A stretch of 63,655 nucleotides of DNA, filler included. It is 7 parts of 7 records of this genome, joined end to end, with 100 filler letters (N's around TTAATTAATTAA, not from the genome) between each part and the next. Parts side by side here need not be neighbours in the genome. Positions count along the whole stretch, not along the records: positions 24,421 to 31,043 come from DRR723986_17605; positions 31,144 to 40,252 come from DRR723986_17606; 5 more parts are not named here. The stretch is one strand, 5' to 3'. Below are positions 29,001-37,520 of this stretch, in pieces. A program made the translations under genes and the position numbers. Within the stretch, counting starts at the first letter, position 1, and each line of letters starts with the position of its first letter. The notes under the pieces were generated by a model that was not told where the DNA came from, did no database searches, and saw nothing but the letters and a program-made list of their open reading frames with translations.

Positions 29001-29944
29001 AGCTGGCCCAGCTCGTGCCTGCATCACTCCGATCCTCGGAGGAGCCCGCCTTGCTTGACGGGGTGGAGCGACGAGTCCTGCAGATCTGGCAATCTGTGCT
29101 GGGGCGCCCCGATCTGTTGAAAGACCACGATTTCTTTGACGCTGGTGGCGACTCACTGGCGTCAATGCAGATGGTCCTGACTGTGGAAAAGGCTTTTGGC
29201 ATTCGGTTGTCAGCCCAGACTATGGAAAGCTTGGGCACCGTGGCGGCAATGTCCGCTGACATCCGCCGACAGGTTTCGGATCCCTCGTCTGTCAAGAAGG
29301 CCCGGCGAGATCTCGGGGTACGGCTTCTTGATCAGCAACGCGCCTATCTTGCGGGGTGGGGCGATGGCAAGATCCGGCAAAGCGGTTTTGTCCGCAGCCT
29401 TGACGGCATGCGCGGACCCGCAGGACTTGTATGGTGCTGTCAGGGTTTCAACGAGTACCGCGCACTTGCCGAAGAGTTGCAAGGAGATTTGCCGGTTTAC
29501 GGGATGCGGTCGGGACACTTGATCATGGAATACAGTCCTGACACGATTCAGAGCCTTGCAATGCTGTACCGTGACGAATTGCTGAAGTGGCAGCCCGAAG
29601 GTCCGTTCTTGCTGGGCGGTAACTGCCAAGGGGCGACCATCGCACGCGCTACGGCACTGGCCCTGCGAGCCCTCGGACGCGAGGTCAGTGGATTGATCCT
29701 GATGGAACAGTTCAGCATTTGGCCTTACGATCAGCGGGTCGGGCTTATTTTCGGGCGAGACAGCCTGCACAACCCGTTCTCGCGCCAAGCGGACCCAGTG
29801 CCAATGCTTGATAGCGCATATCCCTCGGGCTTTGGCTTGCGCATTGTCGAAGGCGGGCACGGGCAGTTCTTTTCCCCCGAAAACATTGGCTCTCTGGCTG
29901 ACGGGATCCGGACACTTTTGCCTTGGAACGATTCCCCAGTTTAG
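26084..29944 (+). CDS. MurC-like Mur ligase fused to an NRPS adenylation-thiolation-thioesterase module
   Basis: MurC motifs GILGAGMS, GSHGKTTT, PGRHNALNA, DDIAHHP; A-domain FTSGSTG, YGPTE, GRMDDQIK, TGK; PCP FFDAGGDSL; TE GGNCQG...GGHG. One continuous frame; TTG start overlaps the DUF218 stop. Confidence 0.9.
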   Translation: MNDHFPALNVPAHASKAVHLIGILGAGMSALAKLFLERGWLVSGGDSTVNDRLGPLRDAGADVWIGNAPSDLANLDLLVYSPAIAWDHPDLVQARSLGVPLMTRARALAGLIEGRPVISVAGSHGKTTTTAMLAVLLERAGLRPGYMVGEACQTLEAGNARWSDIGPFVNESCEAFRALDFWMPVNCIVTGIDDEHSDHYGSFEDLEAAFGDFMHRLPEGGRILVCSDDEKLCEVSRGQRRHVEDFGTSEGALWRARIRELNASETRFDLYHRGQFECSVYLPLPGRHNALNALAAIAMATGYGCAPSWSAKILAEFTSVPRRWQRIGCWAGVSIYDDIAHHPSEVAVTLNNARRVAGPLGRLVAVLQPQLISRLRRLEGAFLKALSIADQVVLLPVDTAGEHGSGDDTGASLCDRLQEAGVQACRARTIDEALPMVAGIVKSGDCVVAMGPALAHNFATALPDFLGSRSAMPPKAEPSPEEAASPPRLLHSWFEEQVSKRPDALCLVERERAWTYGEIDAEAEKVAASLIARALPRDALVVLAIEKSGWFLALVLGVLKAGCAFVPIDPAMRRAALNDVLHLVGAALVIEGTTATAAPATALPTIDLDTFLKEVKQVTAPVARLSLRPSHLAYGIFTSGSTGAPRLVGVSHENVSNLIEYSIGQLFSPEDLKLTPFIDSISFDACVHQMFATLSCGGCLLLEKDLASLVQSDRFQQITNLGGTPSVLGSLATSGRLPSGIRVISLGGEVIPQGLIAMLRKHQGLKKIYNFYGPTETTIFSTVAELLGGAADSPRTRAGTNIGYPVAGTTIRILDPEGNELPDGKAGEITVAGKGVARGYLGDPVQTAARFGAAADGRQFLTKDLGQRLADGSIDFLGRMDDQIKFKGVRLDPVEIEIQIEACDGIERAAVVHGQADGGDSILAAFVVAAPGTDMTRLRQHLAGQLPKVMVPGLITRVDSLPMTATGKVLRRELAQLVPASLRSSEEPALLDGVERRVLQIWQSVLGRPDLLKDHDFFDAGGDSLASMQMVLTVEKAFGIRLSAQTMESLGTVAAMSADIRRQVSDPSSVKKARRDLGVRLLDQQRAYLAGWGDGKIRQSGFVRSLDGMRGPAGLVWCCQGFNEYRALAEELQGDLPVYGMRSGHLIMEYSPDTIQSLAMLYRDELLKWQPEGPFLLGGNCQGATIARATALALRALGREVSGLILMEQFSIWPYDQRVGLIFGRDSLHNPFSRQADPVPMLDSAYPSGFGLRIVEGGHGQFFSPENIGSLADGIRTLLPWNDSPV

Positions 29945-30789
29945 GCCGGGATTGCGATCAACCGATGGCGAGTGCAGGCAAGACCGCTGTAGTCCACAAC
30001 GTGGCTGACGTGTGCCGGGATCACCTTGAACCCAGCTTGCTGAAGCAAGTGGTCCATTTCCCTACTCGGGATAAAGTACTCGAACTGACACGTGGGCGAA
30101 GTTACCTGAACCAGGTGGCCTGTTTCTTCATCGATCAGTGTTCGTCCCAAAAAATGGGTCGCCATTTGCGTATACTCTTCAGGGCTGCGCGCCAGATCCG
30201 AAACAGACCAGACGGAGCCTGACCACCTGTCCGGCCAGCGTGACATGGCTTTCGCGACCGGTTGGGCCGGTGCTGCAATGGGTTTCGCATCGGTCGATAG
30301 GCTGATCAGGGACAGACCGTTGGGCTTCAGTAGCGCTCTCGTTGATTGAAGCAGTGCAGGCGCATGTGCTGGTGGCATACAGTTCAGAACGAAATCCTGA
30401 ACGATCAGATCAAAGCTGTCAGCTTCGAGAGCATCCCCCAAATTGCATGCATCCAGTTGCAGAAAATCGATCTCGGGCATTTCAATGCCCATTTCCGTGT
30501 AGATTTCCGGAATGGGGAGACGGTCAATGACAAGAATGCTTGGATCCGTCACCGCGTGCTCCCCAAGCACCTGCCGCAGCGCTCGCGCATTGGACGGCGT
30601 GGAATAACCTATCACCAGACAGCGTGCCTTGGGCGACAAACCCGCCAGTGCCGAGTTGAATTCTGGGGCGCTGGAAAACGCGGCAAGGCTGCTGGCCAAC
30701 GTAGGAGCGTCAGGTTTGAAATGCGGGCTACCTGGAACATAGCGCGCGACCGAGTGCAGGGGGGTGGCCAGCGTGTTTGCGGTGTTCAT
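29941..30789 (-). CDS. Class I SAM-dependent methyltransferase-like protein
   Basis: DFLQLDA, DSFDLIV, LLKPNG, LLQQAGF; motif I glycine loop is degenerate. Confidence 0.7.
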   Translation of the reverse strand: MNTANTLATPLHSVARYVPGSPHFKPDAPTLASSLAAFSSAPEFNSALAGLSPKARCLVIGYSTPSNARALRQVLGEHAVTDPSILVIDRLPIPEIYTEMGIEMPEIDFLQLDACNLGDALEADSFDLIVQDFVLNCMPPAHAPALLQSTRALLKPNGLSLISLSTDAKPIAAPAQPVAKAMSRWPDRWSGSVWSVSDLARSPEEYTQMATHFLGRTLIDEETGHLVQVTSPTCQFEYFIPSREMDHLLQQAGFKVIPAHVSHVVDYSGLACTRHRLIAIPA

Positions 30790-31043
30790 TCTTGCCCCCA
30801 GAGAAAGATCACCTGACGATAATTCAATGGGTTGTGGATGGAAAGCAAGTCTCTCTTTATGCGGGGAATGCCAGGAAACGGGTTCGTTTCCTCGCGTCTG
30901 AGGTCAGTGCCAACGGGATCGTCTGGACGGGATTGGAGAGCGAGGACAGCATTGCGGAACTGTGCCGCCGCAAGTGTATTGCCCAGAGCCTGTTTTTCAG
31001 CGGGTCGAAGGCTAACCGCGCCGCCGCTCTCGCCGAGTGGCGC
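30786..31043 (-). CDS. Partial hypothetical protein (C-terminus only)
   Basis: Open frame from the contig edge ending ...PRIKRDLLSIHNPLNYRQVIFLWGQE*, with ATGA overlap onto the methyltransferase. Confidence 0.6.
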   Translation of the reverse strand, partial: APLGESGGAVSLRPAEKQALGNTLAAAQFRNAVLALQSRPDDPVGTDLRREETNPFPGIPRIKRDLLSIHNPLNYRQVIFLWGQE

Positions 31044-31143
31044 NNNNNNNNNNNNNNNNNNNNNNNNNNNNNNNNNNNNNNNNNNNNTTAATTAATTAAN
31101 NNNNNNNNNNNNNNNNNNNNNNNNNNNNNNNNNNNNNNNNNNN
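31044..31143. other. Artificial contig spacer
   Basis: 44 N + TTAATTAATTAA + 44 N. Confidence 0.99.
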
Positions 31144-31144
31144 T

Positions 31145-33487
31145 AGTTTAGATTTTGGATTTTATCCAGATTCAGTTTATGATGCATTAAATGCTGATAT
31201 AGTTGGTAGTTGGGCAGCATGTAATCAAACCTCAATTTATTGGATACAATTTCAAAACATAGGTACAACAGTACCTTCAGGGGTAGTTCACCTTAAACTA
31301 GATGACAGCATAACCTTTGTGAACGCATTTGTGCCTCCGGATTCAATATCAGGTCAAAATATCTATTGGAGTTATGATAGTCTAAATTATTTTGGAACTG
31401 ACGGAATGAAATTGCGCGTACTCATGCCTAATTTCATGAGTATCAACGACACAGTCACAAGTTATTTATCGGTGACGGCTGATTCATTATCCGGAACTGT
31501 TTTCACCGCATATGACACGTTATCCCAATTTATTGTATGCGCTTATGACCCAAATGATAAAATAGCAGAACCAGCTGGTATAGATAGCCTGGGATTCATC
31601 CCGCTATCTACGAATGAAATAGAATATACAATAAGATTTCAAAATACAGGCACCGACACTGCTCATTCAATTGTTATAGAAGATTACCTAGACCAAAATT
31701 TAAATTGGTCAACTCTACAGCCAATATCATCAAGCCATTCTATGGATTTGGAAGTTTATCCAAATGGTCTAATTAAATTCGTTTTTGATGATATCAAACT
31801 CCTCGACAGTAACGCCAATGAACCTGAAAGTCATGGTTATGTAAAGTATAAAATTAACCTTTTACCGAGCTTAAACTCAGGCACTCAAATCAAAAATACT
31901 GCACATATATTTTTTGATTCGAACCCAGCTGTAATCACAAACACAAAACTTCATACCCTTTTTGACTGTGATAGTAGTCTCAAAAATGCAATTATTCCAA
32001 CCGTAGGTTGCGAAAATGACGTGGTAATAGGATCGATTGTGGACGCAACTTCGGCTAGCGACTATAATTGGGAGCTTGACTCATTTTATATTTATTCTGG
32101 TCAAAATTGGAATTGGATTGCAGATACTGCTGGTACATTTAACCTTAAAGTAACAATTTCCAATCAGTTTTGCACAACAGACACTATTCTGTCTTTAAAC
32201 ATTGAAGAAGATAATCCACCCGAAATAATAGATTCAATTTATATATGCCAGGGTGAAAGTACCTCTATCTTTGGAAATTTAGAGAGTATCCCAGGAATTT
32301 ATTCTAACACCTTGATGTCTATTAACGGTTGTGATTCAACAATTCAAATTGTTCTGTTGGAGAATCCCACATTTGTTACTGATCTACCAGATGTATACGT
32401 TTGTCCAGGTGAGAGTGCGATAATATTTGGAGGGTCTAAGACAATTGAGGGGATTTATCACGACACCTTAACCTCTATGAACGGTTGTGATTCAATATTG
32501 CAGAAAGAGCTCATTTTTTATCCTATTCTGACAACAACTTTACCTATAATGTATAATTGCCAGGGTGATAGTACAATGGTCTTTGGTAATTTCGAGAATA
32601 TACCCGGTTTTTATTATGACACTTTGAATTCAATTAACGGCTGTGATTCAATTTTAGAAGTTGAACTAGACGAATTGGCCCCACAATATTCTTTGCTAAA
32701 TGATGCCGTTATTTGTCCTGGTGACAGCACAATTATATTTGGTAATTATCAAGTGCTTCCGGGTATTTATGTTGATACTTTGAGCTCATCTCTTGGCTGT
32801 GACTCAATTTTAATGATGAGCCTTGTCCATTTACCTACTCAAAGTAGCCAAATACAATATGAAATATGCCAGGGCGACAGTATCTTAATCTATGGTAACT
32901 TTGTTTCATCTTCTGGAATATACACAGACTCATTATCCAATTCATACGGTTGTGATTCAATAATTAATACTGAATTAATTGTTAATTCCTTACCCAACAT
33001 ACAAATTCAAAATTTAAATCTAGATACGTCATGTATTTATCATGACCAAATACTTTTGACAGGATCTCCTTTAGGGGGTAATTTTTCAGGAACAGGTGTC
33101 ACCGGAAGTTATTTCAATCCAACTATAGCAGGGGTAGGTAACCATTGGGTTTACTATACATTTACTGACAATAACCTCTGTAGTTCAATTGATTCAATAG
33201 ACATTTATATTAACGACTGTTTAGGACTGACGACCTCAGAACTAGAAAAAATTAAAGTTTATCCTAATCCAGCTACATCTGAGATAATAATAGATTTAAC
33301 GAATACATCAATGAATACGGTCCAGGTAGAATTATATGATGGAATTGGTAAAAAACTTAAAGAAGTATCTGATATTACCGCGAAACAATTCTTATTTGAA
33401 ACAGCACAATTATCACGTGGAGTTTACTATCTGAAATTATCATATTTAGATGAACATCATCTTGTTAAACTGGTAATTCAACAATAA
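31145..33487 (+). CDS. T9SS type A sorting protein with GCDS repeats, 5'-truncated
   Basis: Frame open from the contig start; YDPNDK...YTIRFQNTG domain; five GCDS repeats; VYPNPA...GVYYLK CTD. Confidence 0.88.
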   Translation, partial: SLDFGFYPDSVYDALNADIVGSWAACNQTSIYWIQFQNIGTTVPSGVVHLKLDDSITFVNAFVPPDSISGQNIYWSYDSLNYFGTDGMKLRVLMPNFMSINDTVTSYLSVTADSLSGTVFTAYDTLSQFIVCAYDPNDKIAEPAGIDSLGFIPLSTNEIEYTIRFQNTGTDTAHSIVIEDYLDQNLNWSTLQPISSSHSMDLEVYPNGLIKFVFDDIKLLDSNANEPESHGYVKYKINLLPSLNSGTQIKNTAHIFFDSNPAVITNTKLHTLFDCDSSLKNAIIPTVGCENDVVIGSIVDATSASDYNWELDSFYIYSGQNWNWIADTAGTFNLKVTISNQFCTTDTILSLNIEEDNPPEIIDSIYICQGESTSIFGNLESIPGIYSNTLMSINGCDSTIQIVLLENPTFVTDLPDVYVCPGESAIIFGGSKTIEGIYHDTLTSMNGCDSILQKELIFYPILTTTLPIMYNCQGDSTMVFGNFENIPGFYYDTLNSINGCDSILEVELDELAPQYSLLNDAVICPGDSTIIFGNYQVLPGIYVDTLSSSLGCDSILMMSLVHLPTQSSQIQYEICQGDSILIYGNFVSSSGIYTDSLSNSYGCDSIINTELIVNSLPNIQIQNLNLDTSCIYHDQILLTGSPLGGNFSGTGVTGSYFNPTIAGVGNHWVYYTFTDNNLCSSIDSIDIYINDCLGLTTSELEKIKVYPNPATSEIIIDLTNTSMNTVQVELYDGIGKKLKEVSDITAKQFLFETAQLSRGVYYLKLSYLDEHHLVKLVIQQ

Positions 33488-33638
33488 ACCGAAAAGTCAA
33501 TTGTATCCAAAAAATTTAATATTTTACAATCAGCAGGGGTTACCTTTTGTTTTATCTGACATATAGAGGTATAAAAACATGCTTATCGCCGAATTATCCT
33601 TAGAGATAATGAGCTATTAAGGATGAAAAATCAAGCTG

Positions 33639-34193
33639 ATGACGGACCAAGAAATCATAAAAGCCATCAAAAATGGCAAGCGAGAGAAGGCGCTTAAAGA
33701 GCTCTATGCTGAGTTTCCGAAAATTAAGGTAAACATCTTATCATCTGGAGGAGATGAAATGATTGCAAGGCAATTGTTTCATGACAGCCTCATTCTTTTA
33801 GTAGAAAAAGTCTCAAAGCCAGATTTTGAATTGACTGCTAAACTTTCCACCTTTTTATACGGGATAAATCGATTTCTATGGAAAAATGAATTGCGTAAGC
33901 GTCAAAAAAACCCTGAGCTTGAATGGAAAGACACTTTGATTTTATCAGCTGAAGACATTGGATATAATGAAGAAAAGGAAGAGAAAATTAAGTTGTTAGA
34001 ACGCATACTCACGCAGGTTACTGAAAAATGTAAAAAGATATTTGAACTGTTTTATTTCAAAAAAGAAAGCATGGCGGATATTGCCAAAAAACTCGAATTT
34101 TCAAGTATCAATTCTGCCAAAACGCAGAAATATAAATGCATGGAAAAAGCCATTCAATTAGCCAAACAAACACAAACCAACGCAACAGCATGA
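33639..34193 (+). CDS. ECF-type sigma-70 factor
   Basis: 184 aa; region 2 KLSTFLYGINR, region 4 SMADIAKKL...AKTQKYKC. Confidence 0.9.
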   Translation: MTDQEIIKAIKNGKREKALKELYAEFPKIKVNILSSGGDEMIARQLFHDSLILLVEKVSKPDFELTAKLSTFLYGINRFLWKNELRKRQKNPELEWKDTLILSAEDIGYNEEKEEKIKLLERILTQVTEKCKKIFELFYFKKESMADIAKKLEFSSINSAKTQKYKCMEKAIQLAKQTQTNATA

Positions 34194-35497
34194 GAGCAGA
34201 TTTAGAACTTTTAGAACAAATTGACTTATATCTTGGAGGCAAAATGTCGGCTAGTGAAGCCAGTGCGTTTAAGGCAAAAATGGCTGCTAACCCTGAACTT
34301 CAAAGCTTGGTGAGCGATCAGGAACTCCTAATTCAGACCGTGAACCGACAAGCCATGATGGCCGAGTTGAATTCCATTGCAGGTGCGGCGGGAGCTGCTG
34401 GTGCAGGAGCAGCGAGTTGGGGAATTACTCAATGGGCGCTAACTGCAATTATTAGCATCAGCACAGTTGTTGGTGGTTATTTTATTTATGATCATTTCAG
34501 TACAGAAGAGACAGTTGAAATTACGCCGCAAGACGAATTCCCTCAACATGATCTGTTGGTTGAAAACAATGTGGATACCGGTGATTTTATTTCGTTTGAG
34601 CTTGCTGAAGCAACAGATGAATATGAAAATGAATTGAACGCTTATGAAGTAGAAAAAGAGGAAGATGAAATCGAGGACAAAGTATATAATTTCGATAAAC
34701 CTGAATTCGTTGAAGCCGAGAAAATCAAGAAAGAAGATCCGATTAAAGTCAATACCGAAAAGCCGCTTAAGTTGGTGAAGGATCCGGTAAAAAATAAAAC
34801 CGTTATTAGCAATGCGAATCGAAAAGCAACTTATCCAGGGGGATTAATTGAAATGAAAACATTCATTTCTAAAAACCTTATGTATCCACGAACTCCTAAA
34901 GACAAAGGTTTACAAGGAACGGTCAAAGTATATTTTTTAATCTCTGCTGAGGGTAAAATCTCGCATGTTGAATCTGATTGTTTTATCATGAAAGACAAGT
35001 CAGGTAAACCGCTTTCGTCTGGTAAGATGATTGCAAATGTCAAATCACAAAAGTACTTTGAGAAAAATGCAGAGCGCTTGTTTAGAACATCATCTCCATG
35101 GGAACCTGCTACCGATTCAGATGGTAATCCTATTGTATCGGGACAAACTTGGTACGTTAATTTTGATTATTACGGGCAAAGTTCGGCTTATCAACTAGAA
35201 AATGAGGCTCCTAAAAAATCTGCCTGTAACATCCAATCTGAATCTGATTGGGAAAAAGTTGATGTCCAAACTATGAAAGTAAAAAGTCAATCTAAAAAGT
35301 TCAAACTCATTGGCGAATCAATGCTGAAGACCAATAAGGATATCAAAGAAGTAGCTGATTTATCTGACAATCAATACAAAGAGATTTGTCAGTTAGCCGC
35401 AAAATATAAGGCATGTACCGTCTTTATTGACGTAAATAACTTTTGGGGCGCAGGAGATGGTACTTTGTATTACTATTTTGGGAGTTTTAATGACTAA
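34190..35497 (+). CDS. Putative anti-sigma membrane protein with TonB C-terminal-like domain
   Basis: ATGA overlap with the sigma gene; IDLYL.GKMS..E...F N-terminus; one TM; YPGG...NLMYP...GTVKVYFLI. Confidence 0.7.
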   Translation: MRADLELLEQIDLYLGGKMSASEASAFKAKMAANPELQSLVSDQELLIQTVNRQAMMAELNSIAGAAGAAGAGAASWGITQWALTAIISISTVVGGYFIYDHFSTEETVEITPQDEFPQHDLLVENNVDTGDFISFELAEATDEYENELNAYEVEKEEDEIEDKVYNFDKPEFVEAEKIKKEDPIKVNTEKPLKLVKDPVKNKTVISNANRKATYPGGLIEMKTFISKNLMYPRTPKDKGLQGTVKVYFLISAEGKISHVESDCFIMKDKSGKPLSSGKMIANVKSQKYFEKNAERLFRTSSPWEPATDSDGNPIVSGQTWYVNFDYYGQSSAYQLENEAPKKSACNIQSESDWEKVDVQTMKVKSQSKKFKLIGESMLKTNKDIKEVADLSDNQYKEICQLAAKYKACTVFIDVNNFWGAGDGTLYYYFGSFND

Positions 35498-36715
35498 TCA
35501 ACGATACAACCAATACGTTGGGTTGATGTTGTTAATTTGACCATCAGACGTAATTTGACGAATCTCAAAATGCACTTCAGAATTCCCAGATGAATTGACA
35601 AGTAGCGCACCAATTTCTTGTTTAGCAACAATTTTATCACCCGATTTTACATAGGTTTCTTGCAAGTTTGAATAGATGGTTCTGTAAGATCCATGCTTAA
35701 CAATTATCGCTTTTCCAGCACCTGGAATCACAATCACCGAAGTGACTTCACCATCATATACTGCCCTTACTGTAGATTGTTTTACTGTCGTGATATCCAC
35801 TCCATTGTTATAAGTGTACACATTGATGTGAACAGGATGAGGTTGTTTCCCAAACCCTTTGGTGATTTCACCTTTCTTCACGGGCCATGGTAATTTACCC
35901 TTATTCGCTTCGAAACCTTTGTTGCTCAAAGTAACTTCTTTGGTATCCTCTAGGGTTGGAGGTTTGTTATTGTTCTTCTTTTTCTCAGCTAAAATTTCTT
36001 TGTTAATTGCCGCATTAATTGCATTTTGAATCTCTCTCGATTTTTTCTTCTGTGCGGCTAATTCATCTTGCAATTGTTGTTGTTTACCTTTCAAAACTTC
36101 AATGCTCGATTTCTGTTTCTCACGGTCTTTTACATATTTCTTTTGCTCGTCAACTTTACTTGAAGCCAGGTTTTGTTTCTCTGCTTTTTTAGATTCCAAC
36201 AAGGCCAGTTTTGCATTCAATTCTTCTATGCTTAACTCAATTTTTTTGATTTGATCTTCCCGATATTTTTTCAATTGATTGAGGTACTCTGCTCTTTTAT
36301 TCGCTTGATTGAAAGATTCTGAAGACAGTATAAAAACGAGTGAGGCCTGCGAACTCCGCATCTTATACGCTTGCCGTATCATTCTTCGATACTGCTCCTT
36401 TTGGTGCTCAATCTCGGCTTTTAAAATTTCAATTTCTTTGGATGTTGTGGTTATCTCCGCATCCAGCTGACTCAGCTGAATTTGAATGTTATTCAATAAA
36501 TCTTTTCGGTACTCAATTTTTCGTTCCAATAAACTCAAGTTATTGGTCAAATTAGACTCGTCAGTTTTGGTAGATTCTAAAAGCTTTTCTGTGAAGTTGA
36601 TCTTCTCTTCAAGCTCCTTTTGCTTCTTTCTCAGACGGTCACTCTCCTTCCCTTGCCCCATTGCTGAGACTGTAAAAAACATCAAAAAAATCAATATGAA
36701 TTTATTCACATTCAT
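35498..36715 (-). CDS. envC: EnvC-like murein hydrolase activator (coiled coil + M23 domain)
   Basis: Long coiled coil; KGKLPWPV, NNGVDI, VHFEI. Confidence 0.85.
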   Translation of the reverse strand: MNVNKFILIFLMFFTVSAMGQGKESDRLRKKQKELEEKINFTEKLLESTKTDESNLTNNLSLLERKIEYRKDLLNNIQIQLSQLDAEITTTSKEIEILKAEIEHQKEQYRRMIRQAYKMRSSQASLVFILSSESFNQANKRAEYLNQLKKYREDQIKKIELSIEELNAKLALLESKKAEKQNLASSKVDEQKKYVKDREKQKSSIEVLKGKQQQLQDELAAQKKKSREIQNAINAAINKEILAEKKKNNNKPPTLEDTKEVTLSNKGFEANKGKLPWPVKKGEITKGFGKQPHPVHINVYTYNNGVDITTVKQSTVRAVYDGEVTSVIVIPGAGKAIIVKHGSYRTIYSNLQETYVKSGDKIVAKQEIGALLVNSSGNSEVHFEIRQITSDGQINNINPTYWLYR

Positions 36716-37520
36716 TGTAACTATCTGGAATACTGATGCTGATTTTTTTATAATCGTTGAGTGTTGTTGTTCCGTAATCTAAACTGATAAATGTTGAATC
36801 TTTGGGAGATACTACTTTAATTTCAGTTTCTTGCGGCAAACTATAACCATCCACTTCTTGTCGCTTCACAAAGTCGATTTGAATGGAAGTAAGCATTGAA
36901 GGTGCATTGATCAAAATTTGACCCAATTCCATAGTGCCACAATCAATCTTATACCTGAAGAAAAAATCTTCAACCTCATCTTCTTCTAAGGCACCAGTCG
37001 TCAAACGATCAATTGCCTTTTTATCGTGCGAAGCCAGCACATAATAATGGTCATCCTTTAAAGGATATAATTCTTGAATCGTATTCAACCCAAAAGGCTG
37101 ACCAAGGAGTAACTCTTGCATCAATCCATAATTCAAATCCATTCCAAATTTTTCAACTAAAAAACCGAAGTCTTTCTTGAAGTAACAACGCTTAATCTTA
37201 TTTGTAAAAGCAATGGTGTCAGTATCCGCTAAATAAGCTGCGCCAACAATGCCCGCAACTTTTAAAATGCCGGCAAAAGCTGAATCCGTTTTTAATTTCA
37301 AGGATGTTTTAAAGGAATTTGATGATTCACTATCCTTAACCGTAACTCCGAGCTTTGCATAATAAAATTCAAACGGAGTTTTTGACTTTGAACGCAGCAA
37401 TTCAATAGTTTCTTCAGTATCCTTTTTAGGACAATCTGCCGTACCTCCAATTTTTCCAGTTTTACATGAGTAAACCAGAAACACAAATCCTAGTAAGTAA
37501 ATCCAATTTCTATTCTGCAT
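36702..37520 (-). CDS. DUF4292-like lipoprotein
   Basis: Lipobox VYSC; conserved position between TPR and envC in Bacteroidota; C-terminal IPDSY. Confidence 0.75.
   Translation of the reverse strand: MQNRNWIYLLGFVFLVYSCKTGKIGGTADCPKKDTEETIELLRSKSKTPFEFYYAKLGVTVKDSESSNSFKTSLKLKTDSAFAGILKVAGIVGAAYLADTDTIAFTNKIKRCYFKKDFGFLVEKFGMDLNYGLMQELLLGQPFGLNTIQELYPLKDDHYYVLASHDKKAIDRLTTGALEEDEVEDFFFRYKIDCGTMELGQILINAPSMLTSIQIDFVKRQEVDGYSLPQETEIKVVSPKDSTFISLDYGTTTLNDYKKISISIPDSYNECE

Noticed and set aside
30786-31043. Resemblance of IKRDLL..NP to rhamnan synthesis F-like proteins
   Set aside because: Motif too short to assign a family
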